Positions 1-11,240 are shown, counted from the first letter of the whole stretch. The stretch: 63,107 nucleotides of DNA, filler included, from Salisapilia sapeloensis CBS 127946 (GCA_023334545.1; 12 parts of 12 records of this genome joined end to end with filler, not necessarily neighbours in it); one strand, 5' to 3'. A program made the numbers and translations. The notes: generated from the sequence alone by a model not told the origin.

Positions 1-1
1 C

Positions 2-1360
2 ATGGACTTTGGTGACGAGACGCTCCATACAGCCTTTACTTCCTCTTCCTTGGCGTGCACAGAGCCGCCGCTCAGCGCTGATACGCCAGCCACCCAGACA
101 AGCGTCGAGACTCACCTGCCTATAACTGGAGGTGTTGGCACACGCGTCTGCTCAGTTGATTCTAAGATAACGAAGCCGAAGTCTCGATCTCGACGGTACC
201 GGAAACGTCCGAAACAGGAGATCGAACAGCTTAAGGCCCAAGTGGCGGTATTAGAGGCGAAACTGAAGAAACTAGAGAAAGAGGGAGAAAGCAGTCGCGA
301 TGAGGCCGTTCGTATTGCTACTACGTACAGTCTTCCACCCTTCAACCTCATGGAGGCAAAGTTGAAAGATGGCACGATGCCAGAAGTACCGACCACTAGC
401 AAATTGTGGGAACGCATCGCATTGTACGAAAAAAAACGTGAGCGTGCGGCGAAAGACGAAAATGCCTTCCTGAGGTCCCGAACGGAAGAGCAGAAGAAGG
501 TTTTGGTTCACCTTCAGGACAGTATGCACGAAGCTTCGCGAGTCGAACGCCAGAGCGAATCTACTTGCGCGCAAGAAGCCTCAAGTGCGGCGACGGTCGA
601 GATGTTGGAAGCTTCCGACGGATTTGAGAGTAGTTCCTCCAGTAGCGACTCGTCCACTCGTGTTCCTTCCAAGAGTCTAATCCGTACATTGGACCAGCTC
701 CACGACCAAGTAGATGACGTTTTGAGCTCTTGTGGCATTCTCCATCAAGATGTAGAAATGCATCGAGGCCCTCTGTGGGGAGACTCGTTACCTCTACTTG
801 TCTCCTCTGACTATCTTGAGCAGATCGAATGCCGTGTATTTCCCTTCCACTTTAATGTTGTCGATCAAATCGCCTGGAAGTGTCTCGGCAGCGCCCCCAT
901 GTATCATCCAAATGGCGTGTATGAGCCTCAGGAGTACACTCCAGAGTACATCCGAGCGACTTTTACAGATCACCTAAGTCTATCTCGCGCAAAAGCCTCG
1001 GGTACGACGACCATGAAGCGTTTTATTGAAGCTGATCGAGTGGTAATCGTTTCTTCCGTTTTCTGTGAGGTGCAAGGCACATATTCAGCTTGTTTCAGTG
1101 GAGACAGTATGATGGTCGTGCGTCCACCTATCGACCCATCTGCATTGCCCACAAGCTCTGTCGATGAAAAGGTCAGTGTACTCCAGTCGTATATGACGCT
1201 CAAGCCAAGCACAGACTTTAGTAACCAGTCAGGCGATATCCCACAGCACTGCTTTCCATTTCTGAAAAAAGCGATGAAAGATATTATGCAGAACATGCTG
1301 GCGTGCATGCAGCTCATAGAAAACTCACTTCTGCGAGACGCCCATCTTTTATCGACATAG
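2..1360 (+). CDS. M96-like oomycete protein, copy A (basic/leucine-zipper-like coil plus START-like C-terminal domain)
   Basis: Uninterrupted 452-aa ORF. Basic-heptad segment RSRRYRKRPKQEIEQLKAQVAVLEAKLKKL, LWERIA motif, and C-terminal PFHFNVVDQIAW...RFIEADRVVIV pattern typical of this oomycete family. Family assigned by recognition. Confidence 0.75.
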   Translation: MDFGDETLHTAFTSSSLACTEPPLSADTPATQTSVETHLPITGGVGTRVCSVDSKITKPKSRSRRYRKRPKQEIEQLKAQVAVLEAKLKKLEKEGESSRDEAVRIATTYSLPPFNLMEAKLKDGTMPEVPTTSKLWERIALYEKKRERAAKDENAFLRSRTEEQKKVLVHLQDSMHEASRVERQSESTCAQEASSAATVEMLEASDGFESSSSSSDSSTRVPSKSLIRTLDQLHDQVDDVLSSCGILHQDVEMHRGPLWGDSLPLLVSSDYLEQIECRVFPFHFNVVDQIAWKCLGSAPMYHPNGVYEPQEYTPEYIRATFTDHLSLSRAKASGTTTMKRFIEADRVVIVSSVFCEVQGTYSACFSGDSMMVVRPPIDPSALPTSSVDEKVSVLQSYMTLKPSTDFSNQSGDIPQHCFPFLKKAMKDIMQNMLACMQLIENSLLRDAHLLST

Positions 1361-1790
1361 TCTATATTTTTGATCATTTCTTAGTTTCAAGTAAGACGTA
1401 ACGCAAGATCCCGCAAACTTTTTCTTTTAGTCTTCAGGTCCATCTATAATTCTTTTTTTGCTTTCTTTTCTTACTTCCGCTCAGATCTGGTTCATTTCAA
1501 TCGACAAGAGTTGCATAGATACTTTTAAATACATGAAATACTTTATTTTAGGACGTATAATCGGTCGTAGGTACATGCTACCGATTGCAGATACGTTTAT
1601 GGAGAGCTCTTGTCATGCTATTGGAATGAGTATGTCATCATGCTCCTTTAAGCTTTATTCTAATGTAGCTATAGGATTATGTCGACCAAGCTGTTGCCTA
1701 GGAAGTATACACTTGAGCATAAAAAGTAGATGTAAGAAGTATAAATGTATCGTGTATTGCGGTACGACTGCAACGCCGGCCAAGTGGGCA

Positions 1791-3310
1791 CTAGACGACG
1801 GTACCAGTTTCGAATTTGACCGCATTTGGCCACGCGTCTACAGTTTCTTCCTTTATCAATCTTTCCAAATGTTCTTCAAAATGACCGATGCGGTTCTTGT
1901 GAGCCGCCAGTACAAAGTCTGTTAATTCGCCGATCCGAAGCTCACTATTTGTTCTCGTCTGATCGTACACTTGCGGCCGCATCGTTGCAAAGAACGATAG
2001 TCGCGTCTTACCAGACGCTGGTCCTTGATCCTTCGAGAAGATTGCCCATCCGACATCCTGCACGTACAATCCAGTCATGGGCGCATCGGAGATTTCTAAC
2101 GGTCGAGTTTCTGCTCTCCAGATGAAAACAACTCGATCAGACTCAATGAATCGCCGAACCGTCCGCTTTCCGACCGAGTGTGCACTTAGTCCAGTTTCAT
2201 CCACTCGAAGACCAAACTTTCGACAATCGATATGCTGATCACGACGATAGATTTGCTGGTAGTAGCAGTCATCTAGGAATCCTTCACGACTTAATACGCG
2301 CCACATGGCACCTGCCGCTTGCTCCCAGTCGAAGGAAATGAGTCGAGAGGCTGTGATTTCAACATGCACGCGACTGACTGGATCGTTCTTTACTTGCATA
2401 TCATAGTACGGTTCTTCATTCGTTAGAGATCCGATACCAGTGGACATCAATCTGCTCTGGAGGTTCCCATAGACTTGACCGATCGTTATCAGTTGATCCT
2501 GGAAGAGAGTGGCATCATCCTCGAGGTACATGTCAGGTAGATTATTAGGTAAAGAGTCATCCGATCGATGTCGTTTGCTTGCGGAAGGGACGTGGAAGAG
2601 CTAATGTACACGTAGAGTTAGTACTTCTATAGGAAAAATAGACAAGTTATTGTACATACATTCTCTTCATCTCGACTAGGTCGCTTTCGAAGGATTTGGG
2701 CGAGACTAGTGGCTAATTTAACCTGGTCATGCAGCATAGATCGCAGTCTCACGTTCTCTTCCTCCGATTTGGTACGTTCTGAATGTTGTCGAATGGCTAA
2801 ATTGCCCCATACTGTGTTTTCCATGGGTTTACGTGGGAGTTCCTGTCCAGAAGTCGTTCCCTCTTTTAACCCTTTCAAGTTCGATTCCAGCTCTTTGACT
2901 TTCTCTCGAAGGTATAGGAGTTCCTGTCGTTGTCGACGTACTCTCTTCTTCTTCGGTGGTGGTTGCTCTTTCGACGGCAATGTCGTTGCATTCGTCTGGA
3001 CAGATGGAGTCACATTGAACGGTGCTAAAGGTGCTGATGGAGCGATTGGGCTGGTAGTCGATGGCGCGATCGAAGGTTTTGTCGAGGACGATGTTTCCAT
3101 GGTTTCCTCTGGCATTTTTCCTAACGGCAACGGTAAAGCTGAAGTGGCTGATACGGATGCTGACGAGAAGGCGTCGGCAATATCTACTGTCGGGTCTGGC
3201 ATCATGGACAGCAGCGAGCTGTCTTCGGAAGCGATAGAGTTCACTTCATCTGAGTCGCACTCGTCGATGAACGAGAGGAGAGCCTCGAGCTGAACGGAAC
3301 TGTCCTCCAT
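1791..3310 (-). CDS. M96-like bZIP-coil/START-like protein, 2 exons: 3310..2660, 2600..1791
   Basis: The 59-nt intron 2659..2601 (GTATGT...TACTAAC...TTAG) joins the two listed ORFs in frame (EEN|LFHVPS). Motifs RVRRQRQELLYLREKVKELE, VWGNLAIRQ and RRFIESDRVVFIW. Confidence 0.8.
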
Positions 3311-5376
3311 TGCCTTCAGAGCACAATCGATTGTGTCTTAAATCGATGGTTTTGGAGGTCGACGCGCATACTCAACGCAAGTCAAAGACACAACCCGTCT
3401 GAACGTAGGCTGGGCGATATAGACTGGGCAGTTCGAATTTGATGAGCTACTTTCTTTGCATTCTTCACCCCTTCCATCCATAAAGTAGGTTCAGAGGTTG
3501 TTCGTGAGCTAGGGGCTTGTTTTGTGAAGTAAGGAGCGTGGTGGTGGTGGTGTATTTTTATATCTGCCATAGAGGAGTTTTGTTAGCAAAGACTCTTCAA
3601 TCCTTTGCGCTTGTTCTTTGCACTTGTTCTTCCAGAGGATGGTAGATTGTTGTCATGTAGATACGCACTCAAGTTTCCGTCGTGCAAATAGATACTACTG
3701 ATCTTTGCTCAAGAGTTGTATTCGATAAAGTAGTAGACAGAAAGATAGTAAGAATGCTACTCTACGGATAGCACAATATCATAGAGACTTTTGCTAGATA
3801 TACTCCGAGTAGACCCTTCATTCATGTCATCACGAGTCTCCTGACGGACTCGCTTGTATTGATTTTTTCTCATGAAAGTTGGTATGATTGTTTTGGTCGA
3901 CTACTTTTACATTGTAATTTGTGATAGCTTTAAAGAGGTTAAATGCAACGGAGTAAAACTCGAACGCAAGTTGGCGATAGGACATGGGTATGTTTGGGCT
4001 CAACTGTTCAAACTCCATGAAGAAATCGAATCGGTTTATCTTTTAGTATTCGAACGAATCGTGTAAACAATTGCGCTAATCGAGAATCAAATCCCAGTGC
4101 GTAAAAGTTTGTTCTAGCTTTTAGCGACATAATCGATGTAGGTTTTAAGATCTTAACTATTTTTTATGTTGCACTGAGACTTTTCAAAGGTACATATAAG
4201 TACATGTTTTTGTTTCTCTGCGTGCGAGATTCGAGTTCACTTTTCTTCTTATCGACAATGCTTTATACATCCAATGTCCTATCCTTTTCTTGGGTGAGCC
4301 AAACGAGCGTCGATATGTGATGTGGTAATGCTCTGCATCCATACCGTAACGTCGCGAATTGAACACATAGGTTTATCAACTCCGTGAAATGCCATTCACG
4401 GCTCCAATATCTACTTGGTTTGGCTCCTTTGATTATTCATGTTCGTTTAGAGAACTGTTGGTGGACTTGAATAAGATGAACAAGTCGAGGCTAATTCTGT
4501 TCTGTGCCTGATGAAAGTCTTGACAACTACAATACACTTAAAAGCATAGGGCGCAAGGTTTGAATCCAAAACTGACCTCATTATTCAACAGCCGCAACAT
4601 TCCCACGCACATTGGCACTTTTCCATTAGATCCGGAAATAATTAAGCTTCATCCAATTACAAGATTGAACGCAAAAAGCTTTAAAATTTTCTAATGTTTA
4701 CATTGGTAATCACGTGTGGTATGCGCTTACGTTTTGATCGTCATCAGACTACGTGTCAAGTGCATTTCATAATGAAAACAAATATGCGCTTCCTCTACAT
4801 GAGACACAAGAGGCAGCGCCAATCTGCTGATTGCATGAACACTATTTATTGATAGAAACCCGAATGGGACTGAGATATCATATGACATCTACAAGGTTTT
4901 TGAGATGATATTGATTGAAACCCCGTGCTCGAAAGCATGAAATACCTCTATGTATAATGTACAAATGGATCGAGCCCTCTGGCATACTTGGATTGCCCCG
5001 TTTGACCGGAACTAGTATTGCTCTACTCTAGGTTTCCATAATCAACTCTACGTTGCGAAGTTCATCACTATAAAACTGAAACCGTGTCTACCTCCGCACA
5101 GACCACGATGCTGTCTCTTGCATACAACTTAATGCAGAAGACGATATAACACGTGATTTATTGCTTCGACTTACCATGAATCTCCTGTACCCATACATTA
5201 ATCCACGGGCTTATCGTAGATTACCAATCTAACGCTTTTAAAAAGATCCAATTTATTTATAAGCAATGAAACCACTACTCTCTTCTTGTCCGTATGATTA
5301 CTTCTTTCCTACACACTTCTACTCAGTCTAGATCGGTAGCGGAAGTACACAAGTTACATTCGATAACTATTCGACA

Positions 5377-6036
5377 ATGACCCTTTCCTTCGTGGATGCC
5401 AGTTCCCTCCCAATGACACCAACTTTGGATCAAGCCATAACGAATTTGGACACGCCAACACAATCTGCAGACGTCCAAGTTCAAGTACAAAAGAATGCAA
5501 CGACGGTCGACAGCGGTGTTGATCATAACGGCATCCCTGTAGGTCACTGGAAAATAGGTATTTACGAGTGCATGCACAACGGCCTTCGTGACGGTAATCC
5601 TAGCACTTATTTAATACTTTGCAAGAGATCTAATTCCTTTTAATCGTTTGTTAAAGTGTTGATGGCATCATGCTGCAGTGGACTGGTCATCGCTCTCATT
5701 GCAGCTCGTGTCGGCCTGATGAACTTTTATGTTGTATTAGCTCTCTTCAGCATTCCATTCAGCCTCTTCATTGCTACCATTGCAACGCAAAACATCGTTT
5801 TCCTGGAAGTTTCGCTTGTTGTAGGCATCATTGTCCTCTTCTCCTGCGTACGTCTCCGCTGGCGAATCCGTCAACTCTTCTCTATACCAGAGTCTCCCTT
5901 CCAGGACTTGTTCTACACTACTTGCTGCGGTTGCTGCTCCATTGCTCAAATGGCGTATCATGTTGATGCATACGAGCCAGGCACATTTGCATACTCACCG
6001 AAGGACACGTTACCAGGATACGAAGTGGAAGTATAA
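5377..6036 (+). CDS. PLAC8-family cysteine-rich membrane protein, 2 exons: 5377..5593, 5657..6036
   Basis: The 63-nt intron 5594..5656 (GTAATC...TTAAAG) restores frame. Motifs GHWKIGIYEC, SCCSGLVIALIAARVG and LRWRIRQLFSIP...CCGCCSIAQMAYHV. Confidence 0.85.
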
Positions 6037-6225
6037 ACGAAAAGTCTATAAGAGGTCATGCTCTATACCATGAGCAACGTAGCAAGGATGATAAGCAGTA
6101 AAGCAAGATTAATACAACGTACATGTATTGAACACATATAAACAGATCAACTCCATAAACGCACGTAGCTGGAGTTAGAGCTCTCAATCGGAGTGACTCG
6201 ACTGTAGTAGCAGCAGAAGAGGGTT

Positions 6226-7581
6226 CTAGTATCCTGTCGAGTGTATAACTCCAAGCATTGTGCTATCAATATAGAGCATGAGATCCTGCAAGGTATACAG
6301 TGATTCACATAGTATATCGCGCATAGGTGGTAAGTTGCTTCGTGTCGTTGAGGATGTGCCTTTCACTCCTTCTACATAAGGTCTCGCTGTTGCTCTGCTT
6401 AGAACAACGGACCTATTACCGCTTGCACCCGACATGCGATCAGCTATGGATGAGTTATCGACTTGCGGACGCACGACTACCCAGGTTTCACCACTGATAC
6501 GCAACGAAGTAGCTCCTTTGATCTCTATCATCGCCCAGGAGACAATGACCGTCCGTGACTTTTCTTGATAGCGCCTGATGTTCACGTGACCACTAACTGG
6601 CACATGATGTGAACGGAGCTTATCTGTAAAAGTTGCATAGATGCATTGGTCATCCCATGTTTGTGGCTGGAAAGTGCCATTGGGATGATGCAGAGGAGCA
6701 CTGCCGAGACACTTCCAGGCGATTTGCTCTGAGATGTTATAATGGAGTGGGAATACTCGACACTCGATCTGCTCAACATAGTCAGAGGATGCGATCAACG
6801 GGAGGGAACCTTTGCACACAGGACCACAATGCATATCCAAATTCTGCTGGAGAATGCCACAAGAACTGAAGACATCGTCCACTTGGTTGTGGAGCTGGTC
6901 CAACATATTGGTGAGACTCTTGGAAGGAACACGAGTGGACGAGTCGCTACTGGAGGAACTACTCTCAAATCCGTCGGAAGTCTCCAGCGTCTCGATCGTC
7001 GTCACACTTGAGGCTTCTTGCGCGCAAGTAGATTCGCTCTGGCGTTCGACTCGCGAAGCTTCGTGCATACTGTCCTGAAGGTGAACCAAAACCTTCTTCT
7101 GCTCTTCCGTACGGGACCTCAGGAAGGCATTTTCGTCTTTCGCCGCACGCTCACGTTTTTTTTCGTACAATGCGATGCGTTCCCACAATTTGCTAGTGGT
7201 CGGTACTTCTGGCATCGTGCCATCTTTCAATTTTGCCTCCATGAGGTTGAAGGGTGGAAGACGGTATTTTGTTGCCATGCGAATAGCTTCGCCTCGATTG
7301 CCATCTCCCTCCTTCAGTTTCTTCAGTTCGTGCTGAAGTGTCGCCACTTGGGTTCTCAGTTCCTCGATCATATGCTTCGGTCGTTTCCGGTTCTTTCGAC
7401 AGCGAGGTTTGTATTGTCTCGGCTTAGGCTTGACTATGCCGGTGCCAACACCTCCAGTTATAGGCAGGTGAGTCTCGACGCTTGTCTGGGTGGCTGGCGT
7501 ATCAGCGCTGAGCGGCGGCTCTGTGCACGCCAAGGAAGAGGAAGTAAAGGCTGTATGGAGCGTCTCGTCACCAAAGTCCAT
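6226..7581 (-). CDS. M96-like oomycete protein, copy B (inverted paralogue of 2..1360)
   Basis: 451-aa ORF. First 47 aa and a central block of about 85 aa are identical to copy A; the C-terminal half is diverged. Confidence 0.75.
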   Translation of the reverse strand: MDFGDETLHTAFTSSSLACTEPPLSADTPATQTSVETHLPITGGVGTGIVKPKPRQYKPRCRKNRKRPKHMIEELRTQVATLQHELKKLKEGDGNRGEAIRMATKYRLPPFNLMEAKLKDGTMPEVPTTSKLWERIALYEKKRERAAKDENAFLRSRTEEQKKVLVHLQDSMHEASRVERQSESTCAQEASSVTTIETLETSDGFESSSSSSDSSTRVPSKSLTNMLDQLHNQVDDVFSSCGILQQNLDMHCGPVCKGSLPLIASSDYVEQIECRVFPLHYNISEQIAWKCLGSAPLHHPNGTFQPQTWDDQCIYATFTDKLRSHHVPVSGHVNIRRYQEKSRTVIVSWAMIEIKGATSLRISGETWVVVRPQVDNSSIADRMSGASGNRSVVLSRATARPYVEGVKGTSSTTRSNLPPMRDILCESLYTLQDLMLYIDSTMLGVIHSTGY

Positions 7582-7582
7582 G

Positions 7583-7682
7583 NNNNNNNNNNNNNNNNNN
7601 NNNNNNNNNNNNNNNNNNNNNNNNNNTTAATTAATTAANNNNNNNNNNNNNNNNNNNNNNNNNNNNNNNNNNNNNNNNNNNN
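7583..7682. other. Assembly spacer (N-run + TTAATTAATTAA + N-run)
   Basis: 100-bp artificial linker with stops in all six frames. Confidence 0.98.
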
Positions 7683-7744
7683 ATAGACTAAGAATATAAA
7701 GCGGTATTTACATCGGCACCACCGACCACTTGCTTTTGCACTCC

Positions 7745-7950
7745 CAGTTTGACAGGAAAGTTATATTAAAGTGTTACGTTAGGTTTCCAATGGTAAGTGG
7801 CAAAACAAAATCGGCTATTCTCACCGAACGCGGAAATTCTCGGTTCGATTTTCATCGACAGGACTACAAAATGCGAATTCCCAGTGTTGCCGAATCAATA
7901 ATCAGCGCAAAAGCGGCCTTAGTATTGTTTGGAAATTGTAAGCTAGCATG
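7745..7950 (-). repeat. Copy of a dispersed decayed element (homologous to 34102..34320)
   Basis: agtttgacaggaaagttatatt(a/g)aagtgttac...atcggctattc...tgccgaatc...cggcct is shared with the 34.1-34.3 kb copy. Minus-strand remnant HWKPNVTL*YNFPVKLG vs HWKPKVTLQYNFPVKLG. Confidence 0.75.
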
Positions 7951-8677
7951 TTTCAGAACGCTTTAGGACGAAGTTTAGAGATCGTAAGTCACTCGACGCC
8001 AATGCACCTCACTTAGTATTTATTGCTTATGAAGAGAAGTAGTGTATGGGAACAACTCTGTCTAGTCCAGACGAATGTCTGGCCAGCGCCGTGTCCATGA
8101 AAGTTCGAAGTTTCCACGATCAAGCAAAATATATCAAGTTTGTCTACTTAGAAGCTAGTGGTGTTCAATTATCTAATTACCGCGCATGCGCGATCACTGG
8201 TTAATTGAGCTGTCGAATATAGAAAAGTGAAACCTCTGTACGCAGCAGTAGCGACGAATAGTAGGACTTATTTGGTTTCAGCGCGGTAGTTGTGTGGGAT
8301 TACGTACATACTTGTAAGCAGGGGGAAATTTAAGATATCATGCGAATGGTCGGCCCAATTCAAGTCCATCATACTCTTCAAGAACTCATGCTATCCAAGT
8401 AGTATTATGCTGACTACTAATGACTTATGGGCTAGTTATTTGAACCAAGTGAAGAAGACGATAAAGCTTTTCAACGCCTTCATATTGACTTGTGCGTTGT
8501 TCGAACAAACATTCGTTTGTTGAAGCTTAATCTCCGCTTTGTGCGACCGATGATGAGCCATTTCAAATATCGCACTCTGATCGAATAGGCAATGCTACGT
8601 TGGATCACTCAATGACGTCTTCAAACCGGTTCTGGTTACTTCATTTTTAAACTCGCCTTCTTCTCGACATCACAAGC

Positions 8678-9598
8678 ATGCCATCATTGTCATCTTTCGT
8701 CGTTCTTTTATCGCTCATATGCTTCGCTTCAATGTGCATTGAAACAAATGCAGACTTTTACAACGAAGATACTGTTTCCACTCCGGTTGACATGAATTTG
8801 TCGATAGCAGAAGAAAATCGTATCTTTGATGGCTATAGTCTCGATGGAAGTAAAGGGGAAATTGAACCGAGAGTAGTATTCGTGCTGGCAATACCAAAAT
8901 CCGGAAAGAAAAGTGCATGCGTTGGATCTCTACTATCTCGAGATGCTGTCGTGACGGCTGCGCATTGCCTCCTGAATAATAAGTTCCCGAAACGTCAAGT
9001 TTCGAAAATCACGGTGACTGTCGATTCAAACTATTGGAATAACTCCGATGGCAAAGGGCAAATCATAGAAGTTGATCAGACATATTTTCACCATTTCTTC
9101 AGCACCTTTTCGTATACCTATGATGTTGCTGTTCTCAGGCTTAAAGAAAATGTGCGAAACCCGGATACTCGTATGTACATGAAGCTTGGCAGTAATCGTC
9201 CAGTTGACTTCGGAATGGATGGCAGAGCCACCACTTTCGGATGGGGAGAATACTACAAGGGGTCGAATATATCGCACACGCTCCGTTACGGTGATCGTTT
9301 GGATATACTTCCACCTGTCCAATGTAAGGATAATTTCAACACTCCGGAAAACTGGTGGACCGGCAGATACAGGTATCGCGACCATCACTATTGTGCGAAA
9401 ACTTCGGACAATAGAAACATTTGCAGCGGGGATAGCGGTGCACCGATGATTTTTCAAGGTGAGCTGGTTGGCATAGCATCCTCAGCACACGGAGTGTGCG
9501 ACTTGGAAGGTTTGTCGTTGTGGACCAAGGTTAGCGCTGTTTGGGATTTTATCAATAGAAAAGCTGGACTCCGTCTGAAAAAGCATAAAGGATACTAA
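8678..9598 (+). CDS. Secreted chymotrypsin/trypsin-fold (S1) serine protease
   Basis: Signal peptide; TAAHC (His), YDVAVL (Asp), GDSGAP (Ser). Intact 306-aa ORF. Confidence 0.93.
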   Translation: MPSLSSFVVLLSLICFASMCIETNADFYNEDTVSTPVDMNLSIAEENRIFDGYSLDGSKGEIEPRVVFVLAIPKSGKKSACVGSLLSRDAVVTAAHCLLNNKFPKRQVSKITVTVDSNYWNNSDGKGQIIEVDQTYFHHFFSTFSYTYDVAVLRLKENVRNPDTRMYMKLGSNRPVDFGMDGRATTFGWGEYYKGSNISHTLRYGDRLDILPPVQCKDNFNTPENWWTGRYRYRDHHYCAKTSDNRNICSGDSGAPMIFQGELVGIASSAHGVCDLEGLSLWTKVSAVWDFINRKAGLRLKKHKGY

Positions 9599-10303
9599 GC
9601 TTCATCCAATATCACGTCAATATTTTCTTTTGCGCCCTACAATGCTATGTCCAAGTTTGCTTATTTAAGACCTTGACTATACATGCACGAATAAACCTTC
9701 AAAGTGGATTAATATGCATTTAAGTCTCTCGGTTTAATAATAAAGCTACTAGCATAGATACAATGTAAAGGGCAAAATATGGCGAGCGGAAGGAACTCCA
9801 TTGAATGGACGCCCACAAGCTGCGTCTGGAATTTAATTACCGTCACCTTCTCCCGTGGTGTTTCCAGTGGGAATTGTCTTTTCATGGGCTCTGTCTGAGT
9901 ATAAATATGGAATCTTTGTGTCGATAAGATGTGAGCGGCCGATCCACAAAGACGTAAGCTGACTAATTCGGCCGACTGGAAGGTACATGGGAGTAGAACA
10001 GTATAGTAATAGCAAAGAATTCACAAATTCGCGATGGAACTAGAAATCCATTTTACATCAATTCTGATAGCTTCGCGTACGAAGTCACGAAGACGATTAG
10101 GCTTTCCACAGTGTATGCACCGGCTTGTGCGTGACCATAATGCATACTCACTCTATATGCTTCAGCCTAATTTACACGATCGATGATGAATCGACCTAAA
10201 AATCTAAACGTGGATATGCCGGTGGTTGTTCCCTCGGATTATCGTCAGCGGCTGCTTGGTGACACTCTGGTTGCTCCACTTCTAAATTTAAAACCTGCCT
10301 CGC

Positions 10304-11240
10304 ATGACAGTCATCCAACTACTGTCATCTCTCGTTGTCTGTCTGTTGATTTTATTGTTTGCCTCAAACTGCTTCGCATCCAGCGTGGAATTTAATGACG
10401 AAGGTATATTTTCCATTCGGGTCGAAATGAATTTCGAGACAGCGGGAGAAGCCGCACTGCCAACGGCAGACCACCCTCGACAAGTGATGAGGTCCACGTT
10501 GTGCATCTACTTGTGAAATTTAAAAATGGCGTTACATTATCCTGTGCTGGATCTCTCCTATCTAAAGGTGCTGTTTTGACTGCTGCACACTGCATCTATG
10601 ATGCAAAACTACCTTCAAATGAGTTGCGGTCGATTAATGTAGCTGTCGATTCGAAATATCGAGAGATCCGCAGAGGTCAAGGAGAAAATATACCTATGCT
10701 AAAACTATTCTGCATCCAGATTTCAATGTGGATACAGGCGAATACGACGTTGCTGTCACCAGACTTAGTAGAAGTGTGGCCGGGTCGAAAGAGCGAAGGT
10801 ACACGCCACTAGGACATACGGAGCCTTACTTGGACAAAACCGGGAAAGCCAAGATCTATGGATGGGAAATGTTTGCGCCTAAGTCACCTGTATCAGACCG
10901 ACTTCTTGTAGCTGATAACATAAGCATTATTAGCATCAGGACATGCAAAATATTAAGCGTCACCACGGTTCTCCCATGAAAGAAGAGACTTAAAATATCA
11001 AACTTAAATCTTTGTGCAAAAGTCGCGGGGAGAAAAAGAGTCATGAAAAAGCAGCAAGCGTGCGAAGGAGACAGCGGTGGACCGGTGATTCGAAATGGAG
11101 AGTTGATTGGTATAGTATCTTGGGTATGGGGTCGCTGCACAGGAAAAAATGTGAAAGTCGTCGTTAAAGTCAGCGCTGTTTGGGGATTTATTAATGAAGC
11201 GGCAGAGCTTGGTCTGGACGGTACTGAAAATGGCAATTAG
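10304..11240 (+). pseudogene. Disrupted tandem S1 serine protease paralogue
   Basis: Signal peptide, TAAHC, YDVAV and GDSGGP fall in different ORF segments. Frameshifts near 10440 and in the A-run at 10701-10704; in-frame TGA at 10977-10979. Confidence 0.82.

Noticed and set aside
3382-4366. Three short minus-strand ORFs (His-run peptide; FFMEFEQLSPNIP...; RRYGMDAEHYHITY...)
   Set aside because: Could be exons of a decayed gene, but no consistent splice model or recognisable family was found.
7627-7638. TTAATTAATTAA recurring 11 times (CRISPR-like or regulatory repeat?)
   Set aside because: Always centred in 100-bp N blocks; an artificial six-frame-stop contig linker. ORFs ending in XXXLIN are artefacts.
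8678-9598. RxLR effector or GIP call for the secreted proteins
   Set aside because: No RxLR-dEER motif in this protein or the LRR protein; the catalytic triad is intact, unlike GIPs.
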